64,000 nt of DNA from positions 62,001 through 126,000 of IMG/VR virus record IMGVR_UViG_3300017991_000048. The stretch is one strand, 5' to 3'. How positions within the stretch are numbered: position 1 is the stretch's first letter; each line of letters starts with the position of its first letter. Below, in pieces: positions 1-9,941 of the stretch. The notes beneath the pieces were generated by a model. It was not told the DNA's origin. It did no database searches and saw only the letters and a list, made by a program, of their open reading frames with translations. A program made the position numbers and the translations under genes.

Positions 1-99
1 TGTCGGCTTCAGGTGTGGGCAGTCTGGTTTACATAATTTCGCCATGTTAGGCTCTGGGAAAGGCCATTTTAGGGGTAGAGGCGGGTAATGATACGCCAT
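1..99 (-). CDS. 5' part of hypothetical gene running off the window start
   Basis: ATG at 99 (minus strand) preceded by GGTGTAATAT motif; open for 33 codons to position 1. Confidence 0.4.
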   Translation of the reverse strand, partial: MAYHYPPLPLKWPFPEPNMAKLCKPDCPHLKPT

Positions 100-177
100 G
101 TCTAATATATTACACCATCATTTGTGGTTTTTACACCAATTCCTTGCCGTTCGGTGTAACAGTTGATAATATCACCT

Positions 178-678
178 ATGCCCCAATGTAGACAATGCCG
201 CTGTGTTTACACCCACAAGGGTGTGACTTTTCTCGGACCAAATAGTAACATTCATTGGTGCTCATGGGTCTGTTATAACCTAGCCAGAGCCAACGCCGTC
301 ACCGAAAAGTGTGACGAATGCGGTAAGCATCTTCATAAGGGGCCTGCTTACATTTGCGAGACTCTCACAGGTGGTAATTACTTCCGGTGTGAGGCGTGTT
401 ATTCAGTTGCCGATCCAAACGAAATCCCGGAAGTCAAATGTTTTCGCGATCGAATGGTTCATGTGCGAATTAATGACAATGAGATGTTTTTCCGTTGCGA
501 TTCGTGCAACGGTTACGCCCCTCTTGAACGCCCTGTTTACTTTAGTCTCTACAACCATGGAACCTATTGTAGCCCTGTCTGTAGTCACAATAGTCATGGC
601 AAACAAGACCCTGAATCCGACAAGGATCTTTGGGGCCACCTAACAAAGGAGCCTGAACAATGTCAGAAGAAGAGTTAG
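178..678 (+). CDS. Multi zinc-finger protein (TRASH/FCS-like) with LWxHL tail
   Basis: Three CxxC...[WY]CSxxC-type units; DKDLWGHL near C-terminus. Confidence 0.65.
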   Translation: MPQCRQCRCVYTHKGVTFLGPNSNIHWCSWVCYNLARANAVTEKCDECGKHLHKGPAYICETLTGGNYFRCEACYSVADPNEIPEVKCFRDRMVHVRINDNEMFFRCDSCNGYAPLERPVYFSLYNHGTYCSPVCSHNSHGKQDPESDKDLWGHLTKEPEQCQKKS

Positions 679-896
679 AACCTTTTAAGTTAGGGCCTAC
701 CGGCGAGCACCCCAAGGGCAAGCTGCACGAAACTGATGAGGGTGAGATCCGATTGGGTGTAGCAAGCTATAAGGGCAATGTGGTTATCAACTTTGCGACA
801 CCTGTAGCTTGGCTCGCCATGACTCCTGCTGAGGCGATCCAGTTCGCTGAGGTGGTCAAGAACTGTGCCGTAAATATGAAGACACCGGAGAAGTGA
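660..896 (+). CDS. Hypothetical protein
   Basis: Clean ORF in operon, overlaps neighbours. Confidence 0.55.
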   Translation: MSEEELEPFKLGPTGEHPKGKLHETDEGEIRLGVASYKGNVVINFATPVAWLAMTPAEAIQFAEVVKNCAVNMKTPEK

Positions 897-1084
897 TGGA
901 TCATTTGCTAGCTCGAATAGGCACTATCGCTGTGCCAATAATTGGTGTTGCACTGTTATTGGTTGCTGGTTCCCTCGTTATGAAGATGTTTGGGCTGGCT
1001 CTTATGATGAGCATGTACTTTGCCGTTTATGAGATGGGCAAATATGACGGTATAAAACGGGCGGGACAGAGAAAAGGCGGTTGA
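893..1084 (+). CDS. Small membrane protein
   Basis: Two hydrophobic segments; GTGA/ATG overlap with upstream gene. Confidence 0.55.
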   Translation: MMDHLLARIGTIAVPIIGVALLLVAGSLVMKMFGLALMMSMYFAVYEMGKYDGIKRAGQRKGG

Positions 1085-1088
1085 CTGT

Positions 1089-1667
1089 ATGCCGTCAAAA
1101 AAGACCAAAGTAATAGTTCAAAAGACAGGTTCGACAAGCATTGGCTTTGGCAGCGCCCTGACCCTTATACTCATCACACTCAAGCTGACGGGCCACATTG
1201 ACTGGTCTTGGATTTGGGTTCTGTTTCCGTTTTGGCTCCCTGTAGCAGCCATGATCGGTCTGGCGTTAGGGGCCATTCTGATGGTTGCCCTGTTCGGTAC
1301 TGGCTTCATGGTGGTTGAGTTCTTCACAGAGCGACATGCCAAGAAAAAGCAAGACTCGCATGAACGATTGCATAGACAATTGCATGAGCAAAGACTAGAA
1401 ACCGAGAGGACGGCTCGACAACGGCACCAACGTTCACACGAGCGAAGGCTAGAGTACCCTTTACTCCGTGAAAGGGTACGAGGATTGAGAGCGGCACATG
1501 ATCTAGCCTTGTCTTTTTCTGGCGTTGAAGCTGATCTTGAAGCTGAGGAACAAAGGCTTGAGGCTGAGATACAAGAGCTTGAATCTCGTCTACAGGAAAA
1601 GAGTGACCCGCCAGAGGACAAACCGACAGAACCCGAACAGACTTTATGGGATCACCTGAAGGATTAA
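1089..1667 (+). CDS. Membrane + coiled-coil protein with LWDHL tail
   Basis: N-terminal GFGSALTLILITLKLTGHIDWSWIWVL phage membrane motif, heptad-rich C-half, ends QTLWDHLKD. Confidence 0.7.
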   Translation: MPSKKTKVIVQKTGSTSIGFGSALTLILITLKLTGHIDWSWIWVLFPFWLPVAAMIGLALGAILMVALFGTGFMVVEFFTERHAKKKQDSHERLHRQLHEQRLETERTARQRHQRSHERRLEYPLLRERVRGLRAAHDLALSFSGVEADLEAEEQRLEAEIQELESRLQEKSDPPEDKPTEPEQTLWDHLKD

Positions 1668-1669
1668 TC

Positions 1670-1906
1670 ATGCCCAACCCAATACTTGTACTGTCGCCAG
1701 AACCCGATTGTGCCTTATGCGAGGGCCAAGGGGTTCTTACCGATTCAGATTCAAAACTTCGCACAGAAGACGGAACCGATCTTGAAGTTACATACGTCTG
1801 CGAGTGTGTAAGCAGTGTGGATCTTTGGGAGTTACTGACAGATCGTATCAAAGACGGAACCGCTACTCGGAATCTTTTTGACCACCTGATACACGGAGAT
1901 GGCTAA
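1670..1906 (+). CDS. Small zinc-binding protein with two LWDH-like motifs
   Basis: CALC..CEC; DLWELL and NLFDHL; ATG at 1670. Confidence 0.6.
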   Translation: MPNPILVLSPEPDCALCEGQGVLTDSDSKLRTEDGTDLEVTYVCECVSSVDLWELLTDRIKDGTATRNLFDHLIHGDG

Positions 1907-2228
1907 CATGGAAAAAGTTAGACCCCTCGCAGAGATGTCCAGCCTTGAAGAGCAAATCTGGGCAGCAGCGTACATACAACAATTGACCAATCCGCCAATC
2001 CCAGACGGTCCGTGGCACAAACCTATACCATGCCAGAACATTGTGTATCACGATCATAGACCCACGGAGTACAAGGTAGAGGATGCTATTCAGACCGCCA
2101 ACTCTACCGTAGAGGACTTTCGTTCGGTTCAAAACCCCGTCTGTCGGGATTGCAGCAAAGACCTTGACGAAGATAATTCCATGAACGGTTACTGTCTCCG
2201 ATGCCATGAGAAGATTCAAAACCTATAA
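1899..2228 (+). CDS. Hypothetical protein (IWAxA family) with C-terminal zinc ribbon
   Basis: EEQIWAAAY..IQTANSTVEDFR resembles the repeats in 20417-20875; CRDC..CLRC. Confidence 0.55.
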   Translation: MANMEKVRPLAEMSSLEEQIWAAAYIQQLTNPPIPDGPWHKPIPCQNIVYHDHRPTEYKVEDAIQTANSTVEDFRSVQNPVCRDCSKDLDEDNSMNGYCLRCHEKIQNL

Positions 2229-2355
2229 CCCCTTGGAGGTTAAACAATGGAACTCACATATCTTGACCTGTTCCTGGAGGACGTTGGAAACAGACACAGA
2301 AAGTTGTATAGACTCTTCACAGAAGATGACACGGATGAAAACGACTCAGAAGAGA

Positions 2356-2658
2356 ATGAAATACTTCTACAAAAAAGTCCCTGACTTTAGGGAAGTGGCG
2401 ATTTCAAGGTATGCACAACGGCAAGCCGCAAAGGAAAGCGTCACCGATGATGAGGTTTATAATGCTTTGTGGCACGGGAAAAAGAGCCGCGTAAAAGGTG
2501 ACAAAAAGGCCGTTCACATTCGAGAGTATGGCGATGTTCGTCTTGAGGTCGTTGATCTAAGACAGACCAAAACTAGGGTCCATTATTCAGGGTACTTATA
2601 CATTGTTTCAACCATCCGACGAACCCGGACTTACAACCTTTGGGACCATTTAAGATGA
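2356..2658 (+). CDS. Hypothetical protein with LWDHL tail
   Basis: Ends YNLWDHLR; ATG at 2356 after AGAAGAG. Confidence 0.6.
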   Translation: MKYFYKKVPDFREVAISRYAQRQAAKESVTDDEVYNALWHGKKSRVKGDKKAVHIREYGDVRLEVVDLRQTKTRVHYSGYLYIVSTIRRTRTYNLWDHLR

Positions 2659-3236
2659 CTGTTGTCCGAGATACAGATGACCCAAACACTTTCTTGTGCC
2701 AGGATTGCGGTAATAACTTCTGTTATACGGACGGCAAAAAGCTGGTCAAGCATTTAGATGTCACCCCTTTGTGCCCTTTCTGCCACTCATCAGGAGAGAT
2801 AATGTCCGCCCCTAACACCTTTAATACCAACTATAACGGTACGGACACCACTGCTACGATCAATACTAATTCTGGTCTGACCATGCGCGAACGGCTAATC
2901 AAGCTTGAGTCCCAGTTTGAGCGGTATCGGGCGATTACCGCACGGGCATGTAATGTTCTTCGCGGGATTCGTGGGACAAGTGCGATAGATAAAGAAAAAG
3001 AGTTGCCCTCTGGCATGGTCGGACAACTATCGCATGAGTTATCTTTACTTCAGAGTGTTGAGTGGCGACCTACAAAGAGCTTCGCCACTTATGTAATCAC
3101 ACAATATTACAAAAGAGCCGCTGATTTTCAGGACGGTCTCAAGATCAAAAAAGATGTTGATGCTGTTTGGGAAGAGGCTCAAGAGTATTGGCCCGATCCC
3201 GGCCCTGGCCTTTGGGACACATTGCAGGAAAAATGA
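2655..3236 (+). CDS. Paralog family A member 1 (Zn ribbon + coiled coil + LxxExxxLxxxxWxP domain)
   Basis: LSHELSLLQSVEWRP..DAVW..GLWDTL. Confidence 0.7.
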   Translation: MTVVRDTDDPNTFLCQDCGNNFCYTDGKKLVKHLDVTPLCPFCHSSGEIMSAPNTFNTNYNGTDTTATINTNSGLTMRERLIKLESQFERYRAITARACNVLRGIRGTSAIDKEKELPSGMVGQLSHELSLLQSVEWRPTKSFATYVITQYYKRAADFQDGLKIKKDVDAVWEEAQEYWPDPGPGLWDTLQEK

Positions 3237-3535
3237 TGAAAAAAGTAAAAGCGCCCAAAACAACGATGCTGCTTGGCTCCCGTCGCAAAGTTATACCGCT
3301 AGGGAAAAACGGCGTATACAATATTTTGTTGCGAGTAGGGCAGGAAGTGAAGTTCACGGTCCTCATTGTAGAACATTACAATGTCTATAGGGCTTGGGTT
3401 CACGAGTTGGAAAATGGATTCACCATGCGTCAAGCGTATGATTTTCGAGGTGTGATCGAACTGGTCGAAAAGGGGCTCATTGAACATCTAACCGAGACAG
3501 CCACCGTTTGCGGGTACAAGTTGAAAAAGTTATAA
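3233..3535 (+). CDS. Hypothetical protein
   Basis: ATGA overlap with upstream stop. Confidence 0.5.
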   Translation: MMKKVKAPKTTMLLGSRRKVIPLGKNGVYNILLRVGQEVKFTVLIVEHYNVYRAWVHELENGFTMRQAYDFRGVIELVEKGLIEHLTETATVCGYKLKKL

Positions 3536-3537
3536 CT

Positions 3538-4140
3538 ATGTCTGTCACTCGTGTTTGGCATTTTGAAAATGCTTACCGTTGCGGTTCTTGCGGGGTCACC
3601 TTCGTGTATCAAGGGACAGCGGTGACACCTTCTTGCCCCAGTTGTACTGTGGTGGAGACTTCTGACGGTTATCACATAACAGAGAACGGATACTACATAC
3701 AAGAGAGCGATGATATCTCCAAAGAACGACTCATGGATCAGGTACTTGAGTTGGACAAGGAAGTGAAGAGCTTACATGAGGGGATATCAAGGTGGGCTGA
3801 GATCGCCAGAGAAGTAGCTCTTAAATTGCAAGAGTTACGAACAGAGTTGCCTTTGGGTGCCTCGTTAGAAGGGCACGAGGCCGACCGTAACACTTGGGCC
3901 GATGGGCATAAAGATTTCAATGCTTTGCAGTTTGAACATAGACTACTTCAGGAAGGCCGGTGGCAGAGCCCTCTTTTGGTACGCACCCTCATGCTCAAAG
4001 CTTACGGCAAAGCCGAGAGTTATGAAGAGGCTTGCGACATCAAGAAATATTTTGATAAAGCGTGGTCTGTTATTGAACAACGATGGGCTGAGAAAAAAGG
4101 GACAAACCTTTGGGATCACATCTCAGACGGGGATGAATGA
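3538..4140 (+). CDS. Paralog family A member 2
   Basis: CGSC..CPSC; LQFEHRLLQEGRWQS..DKAW..NLWDHI. Confidence 0.7.
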   Translation: MSVTRVWHFENAYRCGSCGVTFVYQGTAVTPSCPSCTVVETSDGYHITENGYYIQESDDISKERLMDQVLELDKEVKSLHEGISRWAEIAREVALKLQELRTELPLGASLEGHEADRNTWADGHKDFNALQFEHRLLQEGRWQSPLLVRTLMLKAYGKAESYEEACDIKKYFDKAWSVIEQRWAEKKGTNLWDHISDGDE

Positions 4141-4451
4141 TGCCCATAGAACGTGAATACTCACAAAGTGGAGTTCTTCTGTTTGTTTGTACAGACTGTC
4201 GGTTATCGTGGCCTGTGGAAGACAGCCCTGACCGTGACCCAGTTTGCCCTTATTGCTCCCCGGACGGCCCTTCCAAAATAACCAATGTGTTTTGCAGCAA
4301 CTGTGGTAAGAGAATTCGAGTCGGATGGTCCAAAAGTCTAAACTTTTGTGGTAAGAAGTGTCGTGATGCTCATTATCAGTCCATCAAAACTCCAATCGAA
4401 CGGGACCGGACCCTTTGGGACCATGTGAAGGGCGGTGAAGATGAGTGGTGA
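4137..4451 (+). CDS. Double zinc-finger protein with LWDHV tail
   Basis: CTDC..CPYC; CSNC..FCGKKC; RTLWDHVKG. Confidence 0.7.
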   Translation: MMPIEREYSQSGVLLFVCTDCRLSWPVEDSPDRDPVCPYCSPDGPSKITNVFCSNCGKRIRVGWSKSLNFCGKKCRDAHYQSIKTPIERDRTLWDHVKGGEDEW

Positions 4452-4905
4452 TCTTAGAAAATGTATTGAGTGCAACAAAGAGTTTGTTCCCACTATGCTC
4501 TCTTGTCCGATCTGCCAGTGTCAGAAAGAGGACAATATCGCCAAACGGCTTATGGAGCTTGAACTTACTGTGAAAGCCTTTCAGAAAACAGAGTGGGAGT
4601 TGAGGGGGTTGGTCAAAGAAGCGGCTGAAGAGATGCGGAGAAGGCGCGAAAGAAATCCTTCATACGCTATTACTTCACTTCCTTGGGCCGATGCTCTCCG
4701 TCTGGAACTGAAGTTTTTGAAAGAGAGTGAATGGGAACCTAATTTTGAACTTGTCCAGGCTCTTGTTTTGAAGTTTTACCAGAACGCTGAGGATTCTGCA
4801 CACGCCTATAGTCGTAAGAAGCGGCTAGATGAGCTTTGGGCTCAGGCTCAAAGTGAAAAGGTCAAAGGGCTGCCTACTTTATGGGATCACGTATCGAGGG
4901 AGTAG
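4441..4905 (+). CDS. Paralog family A member 3
   Basis: LRLELKFLKESEWEP..DELW..TLWDHV. Confidence 0.7.
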   Translation: MSGDLRKCIECNKEFVPTMLSCPICQCQKEDNIAKRLMELELTVKAFQKTEWELRGLVKEAAEEMRRRRERNPSYAITSLPWADALRLELKFLKESEWEPNFELVQALVLKFYQNAEDSAHAYSRKKRLDELWAQAQSEKVKGLPTLWDHVSRE

Positions 4906-5005
4906 TCTGGTGCCAGACACAGCCCCATATGACATCATTTTCATTTCCGTACTTTGGTTTGTCATAATGTCTGGCGCTATCTTCCAGTACCTGAAGGGTA
5001 AAACC

Positions 5006-5230
5006 ATGGCAAAGTATAAGCATGTAAGAGTCAAGACCTATGAATGTAAGCTGAGAACCGATAAACAGTGGACCCCTATTGAGTCCATTGATCCAGCGGG
5101 TGCGGCTGAAACCTTTGTCGAAGAGCACGTTGCCCCGCCAGCCCGTGTGTTTGTGGCTGTGCGTGGTGTAGGGTTGTTTAGTGTTAGGCCGGTTGTTGAG
5201 TATGAAGCGGAGCAAGTAAATGACCAGTGA
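5006..5230 (+). CDS. Hypothetical protein
   Basis: ATG at 5006 after GAAGGG. Confidence 0.45.
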   Translation: MAKYKHVRVKTYECKLRTDKQWTPIESIDPAGAAETFVEEHVAPPARVFVAVRGVGLFSVRPVVEYEAEQVNDQ

Positions 5231-5687
5231 GATAGACAAGCTAAATGCGGAGCTAGAAACCCGGAAACATATCCATCAAGTCAGAAAACTACTGCAAGAG
5301 ATGGTAGTTATGCTTCTGAAGCGAGGTGAAAACCATGACGCGACAAAGCTTGAGGCACCAGAAGCGGAAGGCTTTGCGGAGTACACCCCCAAGCTCGCAA
5401 CGTCAACCTACGGAAGCGACGAGTACAACCAATTTCTGAAAGACATGCAGCCGTTCCTTAAGTTCCATTATATGAAAAACTCGCACCATCCGGAGTTCTA
5501 CGAAAATGGCGTAGATGACATGAATTTGATAGATCTGATCGAGATGCTCTGTGACTGGAAAGCGGCAACACTGAGACACAATGACGGAGATATTCATAAG
5601 AGCATTGAACACAATGCCGATCGGTTCGGGTTGAGTCCTCAGATCGTTCATATATTCAGAAATACCGCCAAGAGCCTGGGATGGTAG
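5220..5687 (+). CDS. DUF5662-like phage protein (HD-like)
   Basis: HIHQV..HDATKL..TYGSDEY..HYMKNSHHPE..DLIEMLCDW pattern. Confidence 0.7.
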   Translation: MTSEIDKLNAELETRKHIHQVRKLLQEMVVMLLKRGENHDATKLEAPEAEGFAEYTPKLATSTYGSDEYNQFLKDMQPFLKFHYMKNSHHPEFYENGVDDMNLIDLIEMLCDWKAATLRHNDGDIHKSIEHNADRFGLSPQIVHIFRNTAKSLGW

Positions 5688-5947
5688 CTCAATACTCTTG
5701 TGACCATTGCAACCGGCCTATAAAGGGCACTGTTTACGTTGCATACGAAAATACTCTTCTTCGTTGGTGCAAACCAAGGTGTCGAGCCATCACACTTCGT
5801 CAGGCGGAGATTTGCGCCGATTGTTATAACTCAACCTGTGGGGGTCCAGAAACCTGTGTATCTCACCCTAAAAGAAATCTCTGGGACTATCTCAAAGGGC
5901 CAGACATAATGTATCAAGATTGGTACTCCTCTTTAAGAATTGATTAA
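5681..5947 (+). CDS. Zinc-finger protein with LWDYL motif
   Basis: CDHC..WCKPRC..CADC; RNLWDYLK. Confidence 0.6.
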   Translation: MVAQYSCDHCNRPIKGTVYVAYENTLLRWCKPRCRAITLRQAEICADCYNSTCGGPETCVSHPKRNLWDYLKGPDIMYQDWYSSLRID

Positions 5948-5974
5948 GACCCAAAACCGGTGTAGTATTCCGGT

Positions 5975-6460
5975 ATGTTAGTTTGCCCAGTTTGCAAAGC
6001 GGAATACCACGGTGGCAAGCCCGATGAAGCCGAAATGTTCATGCGTGGGCACAGGCATTGTGGAGAGGAGGCACGGGCGGAGGCCAAGAGAGAGATCCGG
6101 GAACAGCAGAGATTACTGGACGATCTTAATCGAGAATGCCGTCAAATGCGTAGCGGTTGTGAAGCGGTTATCGGGGAGCTACAGATGCTCCGTTTGGGGA
6201 AGCTTGATTCCTCTAGTTGGGAAGGCAAGAAACTGTTCGATGCTTTAGACTATGAGATACACTACCTGAAGTCTGGAAAGTGGCGACCCAACGGTGAGTT
6301 GCTCACGGAGATGGTGCGCCGGTACTTTATGGGGATAGCTTTTGAGGACGCTTTTGAGTTTCATAAAGCTCTTGCTGGTCTATGGGACGAACGTGTCCAG
6401 AGTGTAGAAGATAAAAACTCTACCTTATGGGAACATCTGAATCGAGACGGAGATGCCTAA
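5975..6460 (+). CDS. Paralog family A member 4
   Basis: LDYEIHYLKSGKWRP..GLW..STLWEHL; CGGTGTAGTAT-N6-ATG upstream. Confidence 0.7.
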   Translation: MLVCPVCKAEYHGGKPDEAEMFMRGHRHCGEEARAEAKREIREQQRLLDDLNRECRQMRSGCEAVIGELQMLRLGKLDSSSWEGKKLFDALDYEIHYLKSGKWRPNGELLTEMVRRYFMGIAFEDAFEFHKALAGLWDERVQSVEDKNSTLWEHLNRDGDA

Positions 6461-6728
6461 TTTCATATTCCGAGTGCCTGAAGACGGCTTCTTAGATGTC
6501 AAAACGTTTTTTAATGAAATCGAGGCGTCTCCAATTTCTGCGGCGATACATAAAGTCTCAGTCTACGAAGGAACTTGCACCTGTGCTTTTGGCAGACGTC
6601 TGAACAAAGCAGACACCAAAATAATGCAAGACTTAGTAACTGGGCACCAAGGTTTTGTTGAGACACCAAAGTATCCGATCGATGAAAGTAAAACCAAGGA
6701 TCTTTGGGAGCATCTGAAAAATGAGTAA
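6453..6728 (+). CDS. Hypothetical protein with LWEHL tail
   Basis: Ends [10 protein letters not shown]. Confidence 0.65.
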   Translation: MPNFIFRVPEDGFLDVKTFFNEIEASPISAAIHKVSVYEGTCTCAFGRRLNKADTKIMQDLVTGHQGFVETPKYPIDESKTKDLWEHLKNE

Positions 6729-7194
6729 AGCAAAAAACGTCCGAAGCCTTCAAAAGGTTATCGATAAACAAAATAAGGCTATCACAGAACTTGAGGACAA
6801 GATCGCAAGTCTTGAAATGCACCGTGACGCACGGTTTGCAAAGTTCGAAGATGAGAACCGGAAGCTCCATATTGTCGGCAGAGCATTGATTACCGCAATG
6901 AAAAGAATGAGGAAGGTAAGGCATGACGAGCCAAGTCTTAACTCTCCCTTAGAAGAGGAACTGAGCTACGAGTTAGAATGCTTGAGAGAAGGGCGTTGGT
7001 TGCCTGATTTCAAAAGGCTCATGGATTATCTTGAGGCGCATTATATAGAAGCCGAAGGCTTTGGGGAAGCTGTGTCTTTGCACCAAAGCCTTGAGGACTT
7101 GTGGGAGAAGATCCAGCAGCAATGGTGGGGCGGTGAAATCGAGGGGCTAACTACCCTTTGGGAATATTTAACAGACGAGAATGAAAATGACTGA
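6721..7194 (+). CDS. Paralog family A member 5
   Basis: [26 protein letters not shown]. Confidence 0.7.
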   Translation: MSKAKNVRSLQKVIDKQNKAITELEDKIASLEMHRDARFAKFEDENRKLHIVGRALITAMKRMRKVRHDEPSLNSPLEEELSYELECLREGRWLPDFKRLMDYLEAHYIEAEGFGEAVSLHQSLEDLWEKIQQQWWGGEIEGLTTLWEYLTDENEND

Positions 7195-7744
7195 AGAAAT
7201 TTACGTAAGCGTAGACGTGGAATCTGACGGCCCTATACCGGGACCTAACTCTATGTTGAGTATTGGGGCGGCAGCGTACCTGGACGGGACACTGGTCGAT
7301 ACTTTTGAAGCCAACCTGAAGACTTTACCGGGTGCCCAACCAAACGCCGGTACTATGGAATGGTGGAAAACACAGCCTGAAGCCTGGAAGATTTGTAGAG
7401 AAAACCCCCAACCGCCTGAAAAAGCCATGAACGAGTTTTCAGATTGGCTTCACGCATTGCCAGGGAAGCCGGTATGTGTTTGCTATCCCGCTGGTTATGA
7501 CTTTACATTTGTGTACTGGTATCTGATCAACTTTACGGGTGCCAGTCCGTTTGGTTTTCAAGCGCTCGACATAAAGACGTATGCCATGGCTGTACTTGGA
7601 AAGCCTTTCCGTAAAGTCTCCAAGAAAACCATGCCCAAGAAATGGTTTGAAGGTTTGCCCAAACACACCCACCGGGCGGTAGATGATGCGATTGAGCAAG
7701 GCGCGTTGTTCTGTCGAATAATGGAAGATACAGGTAAGCAATGA
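7187..7744 (+). CDS. DEDDh 3'-5' exonuclease (Rv2179c-like exoribonuclease)
   Basis: SVDVESDGP (ExoI), YDF (ExoII), HRAVDDA (ExoIII). Confidence 0.85.
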   Translation: MTEEIYVSVDVESDGPIPGPNSMLSIGAAAYLDGTLVDTFEANLKTLPGAQPNAGTMEWWKTQPEAWKICRENPQPPEKAMNEFSDWLHALPGKPVCVCYPAGYDFTFVYWYLINFTGASPFGFQALDIKTYAMAVLGKPFRKVSKKTMPKKWFEGLPKHTHRAVDDAIEQGALFCRIMEDTGKQ

Positions 7745-7968
7745 CGAAAAAGATCCAGGTCACGTTCGACGATCATGCGGTAGAGATACTTGAGACGCTC
7801 AAAAAGGCTTCAGGTGCAGCATCAAATGCTCAAGTGTTGCGTGAGGCGATAGGCTTTTACGATTGGGCGCGTGAAGAGATTGTTGAAAAAGGGCGTAAGG
7901 TAGGCGCTATGAAAAAGGGCGACGTTGTTTCAGAAGTGCATCTCAAGTTTCATAAGAAGAGGCGATAA
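7741..7968 (+). CDS. Ribbon-helix-helix (CopG-like) DNA-binding protein
   Basis: KKIQVTF strand, then helix-turn-helix [10 protein letters not shown]. Confidence 0.65.
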   Translation: MTKKIQVTFDDHAVEILETLKKASGAASNAQVLREAIGFYDWAREEIVEKGRKVGAMKKGDVVSEVHLKFHKKRR

Positions 7969-7972
7969 GAGG

Positions 7973-8308
7973 ATGTACCAGTGTGCTGTATGCAAACGTC
8001 AGGTTAATGGTGTTATCCCCTGGTCACAACCAACTGTTGATACCGTTATCTGTTCCCGTGCGTGTCACAACAGAAGCTTGAACCTGTGTGCTCGTTGCGA
8101 TCAACCTATGCCTGACCCGCCTTATAGACGTTGGAACTATCACCAGAGGTACTGCTCTATCGAGTGCAGGGCTGAGGGCACGAATTGGGCCTCGTGTACC
8201 GAGTGTAATAATGACCTTTGCGCCCCACCTTGTGACTACTTTTTTACTAATAGCAAGCCGCTGTGGGCTTATCTACGGGACAGTGATGACCCCTTGCCAG
8301 CATTGTAG
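7973..8308 (+). CDS. Triple zinc-finger (TRASH/FCS-like) protein with LWAYL tail
   Basis: CAVC..ICSRAC; CARC..YCSIEC; KPLWAYLRD. Confidence 0.65.
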   Translation: MYQCAVCKRQVNGVIPWSQPTVDTVICSRACHNRSLNLCARCDQPMPDPPYRRWNYHQRYCSIECRAEGTNWASCTECNNDLCAPPCDYFFTNSKPLWAYLRDSDDPLPAL

Positions 8309-8588
8309 CGCGGACCAACCGGATGCAACCCCTGTGATTAGGGAAGGGGATTTACGGTTCTGTACTCATTATTGTCATAGAAAATGGATGGAAGAATACC
8401 ACCGGCTCATTGCTAGAAAGGCCGTATACAACCCGTTGCCGGTACTTCAAGGTTGTAAATGCTTTTGTGGTGGGCCACTTCGACCAATTACAAAAGCTTG
8501 CCGCCACGAAGATCCCGATCAGTATTACTGTCTTACTTGCGGTTCGATACACGACCATAAAACCTTTTGGGACCACATTCAGGAGTAA
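8286..8588 (+). CDS. Zinc-finger protein with FWDHI tail
   Basis: ATG at 8286; CQHC..FCTHYC; CFC..CLTC; KTFWDHIQE. Confidence 0.65.
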   Translation: MTPCQHCSADQPDATPVIREGDLRFCTHYCHRKWMEEYHRLIARKAVYNPLPVLQGCKCFCGGPLRPITKACRHEDPDQYYCLTCGSIHDHKTFWDHIQE

Positions 8589-8591
8589 GTT

Positions 8592-8843
8592 ATGTTCAAA
8601 AACGGAGCGTACTATCTTATAACTGGACTGATCATTGGTACTTTCATTGTCTGCGGGTTCGGTGCCTATCAGGACGGGGCTGTTGATGGCCACTTCCGGT
8701 GTACGTTAGAGGATGGATCTTCGATTCGTGGTGATTTCCGCACGGCTGAAAGAACCTCAGAAGGCTGGCACATTGTGACCAAAACCGGGGCAGAGATGGA
8801 TTTGCAAGAGGTTGATTGCACAGTTGTAAGGTACGCACCGTAG
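8592..8843 (+). CDS. Putative exported or membrane-anchored small protein
   Basis: N-terminal hydrophobic stretch followed by a beta-rich domain. Confidence 0.5.
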   Translation: MFKNGAYYLITGLIIGTFIVCGFGAYQDGAVDGHFRCTLEDGSSIRGDFRTAERTSEGWHIVTKTGAEMDLQEVDCTVVRYAP

Positions 8844-8851
8844 GAGTAATC

Positions 8852-9328
8852 ATGGCACCCTGGACCCCTTCGACTCCCACTGCACCCCTAAGCAACGCCT
8901 GGACCGTAACCACTACTGCCAGCACTGATTACGCCACCGGGAGCGATGCTACGGCTATTATTACCACCTATTCACATCCTATCCCGACTCAATCTGATAA
9001 AGAGGTAGAGCTTGAGCGTAAGCTTAACAGGCATCGTGAGGCTTGCCATGACGCTATTGAGTTACTTCGTTGTGTTCGTCAGACGACAAGGGGAATCCGA
9101 CCGGACAATACGCCAGAGGCGTTGCAAGATGAAGTGAAACTCTTTCAAGACGGCGATTGGCAACCTACGGCACGGTTTGTAGCCACCGTTTTGCTCAAAT
9201 ATTACCTGAGTGGCGGGACTCTCAAGAAGGCTATCAAGCGGAGAGAACTGGCAGATGCCGTTTGGAATCAGGTTCTTGAGCAATTGGCTCCGGACGCCAC
9301 TCTTTGGGAATCTTTACGGGATGAATAA
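8852..9328 (+). CDS. Paralog family A member 6
   Basis: LQDEVKLFQDGDWQP..DAVW..ATLWESL; AGGAG RBS. Confidence 0.7.
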   Translation: MAPWTPSTPTAPLSNAWTVTTTASTDYATGSDATAIITTYSHPIPTQSDKEVELERKLNRHREACHDAIELLRCVRQTTRGIRPDNTPEALQDEVKLFQDGDWQPTARFVATVLLKYYLSGGTLKKAIKRRELADAVWNQVLEQLAPDATLWESLRDE

Positions 9329-9352
9329 CTTTTGATAAGCGGGTTAGGTATT

Positions 9353-9568
9353 ATGTCAGACGACCACACACGATGGAAAGAAGCAGTCGCAGGCATGGAC
9401 GTGGCAGAACTTACAGCCCTGCATAAAAAGGCTCTGAACGCCTACAATATGGCGAACTCTGCCAGGGATGCTGCATCAGGAGCGTCTAAGCAAGCGACAG
9501 CAGCCGCCGATGAGCTTCGAGATCTCGTCCAATTTTTCTATGAAGCGATCCGGGATGCCAGACGGTAA
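9353..9568 (+). CDS. Ala-rich helical hypothetical protein
   Basis: ATG at 9353, clean ORF. Confidence 0.5.
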   Translation: MSDDHTRWKEAVAGMDVAELTALHKKALNAYNMANSARDAASGASKQATAAADELRDLVQFFYEAIRDARR

Positions 9569-9798
9569 GCGAGCTTCCTAGCCTTTCCCCTAACCCTTTC
9601 GGCCCATTCAGCGTTGGCAACCTTGTCACCGGGAGTGGCTTCCCAACGGTCGGCACAGGCGAACAGGTACTTTACGTGCTCTTGAGGTGTTCTTCGGACA
9701 TTATCAGGGCCTAAGTATTTTTCGATCATGGCTAACTCCTTTCGGGTTAGAACAATGCAACCCCCGTGCCAATAGCCGTGATCAGTAATTTCAAGCAC
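9538..9798 (-). CDS. Hypothetical protein
   Basis: ORF track; converges on 9353-9568. Confidence 0.4.
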   Translation of the reverse strand: MLEITDHGYWHGGCIVLTRKELAMIEKYLGPDNVRRTPQEHVKYLFACADRWEATPGDKVANAEWAERVRGKARKLAYRLASRIAS

Positions 9799-9827
9799 TT
9801 AGATACGTTTCGACAGCGCGGTGCCGA

Positions 9828-9857
9828 CGCTACCGGTTGAAATTTCAATCGCTACCG
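9828..9857. promoter_or_regulatory. Operator-like palindrome flanked by direct repeats
   Basis: CGCTACCG-G-TTGAAATTTCAA-T-CGCTACCG in a divergent intergenic region. Confidence 0.45.
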
Positions 9858-9941
9858 ATTTTATGTGGGCATGTTGATGGAAAAACGGTGTAATAGTGAT
9901 ATTATCGACTTGACCGTTTTTCCGAGCGCGACTCTTGCTTG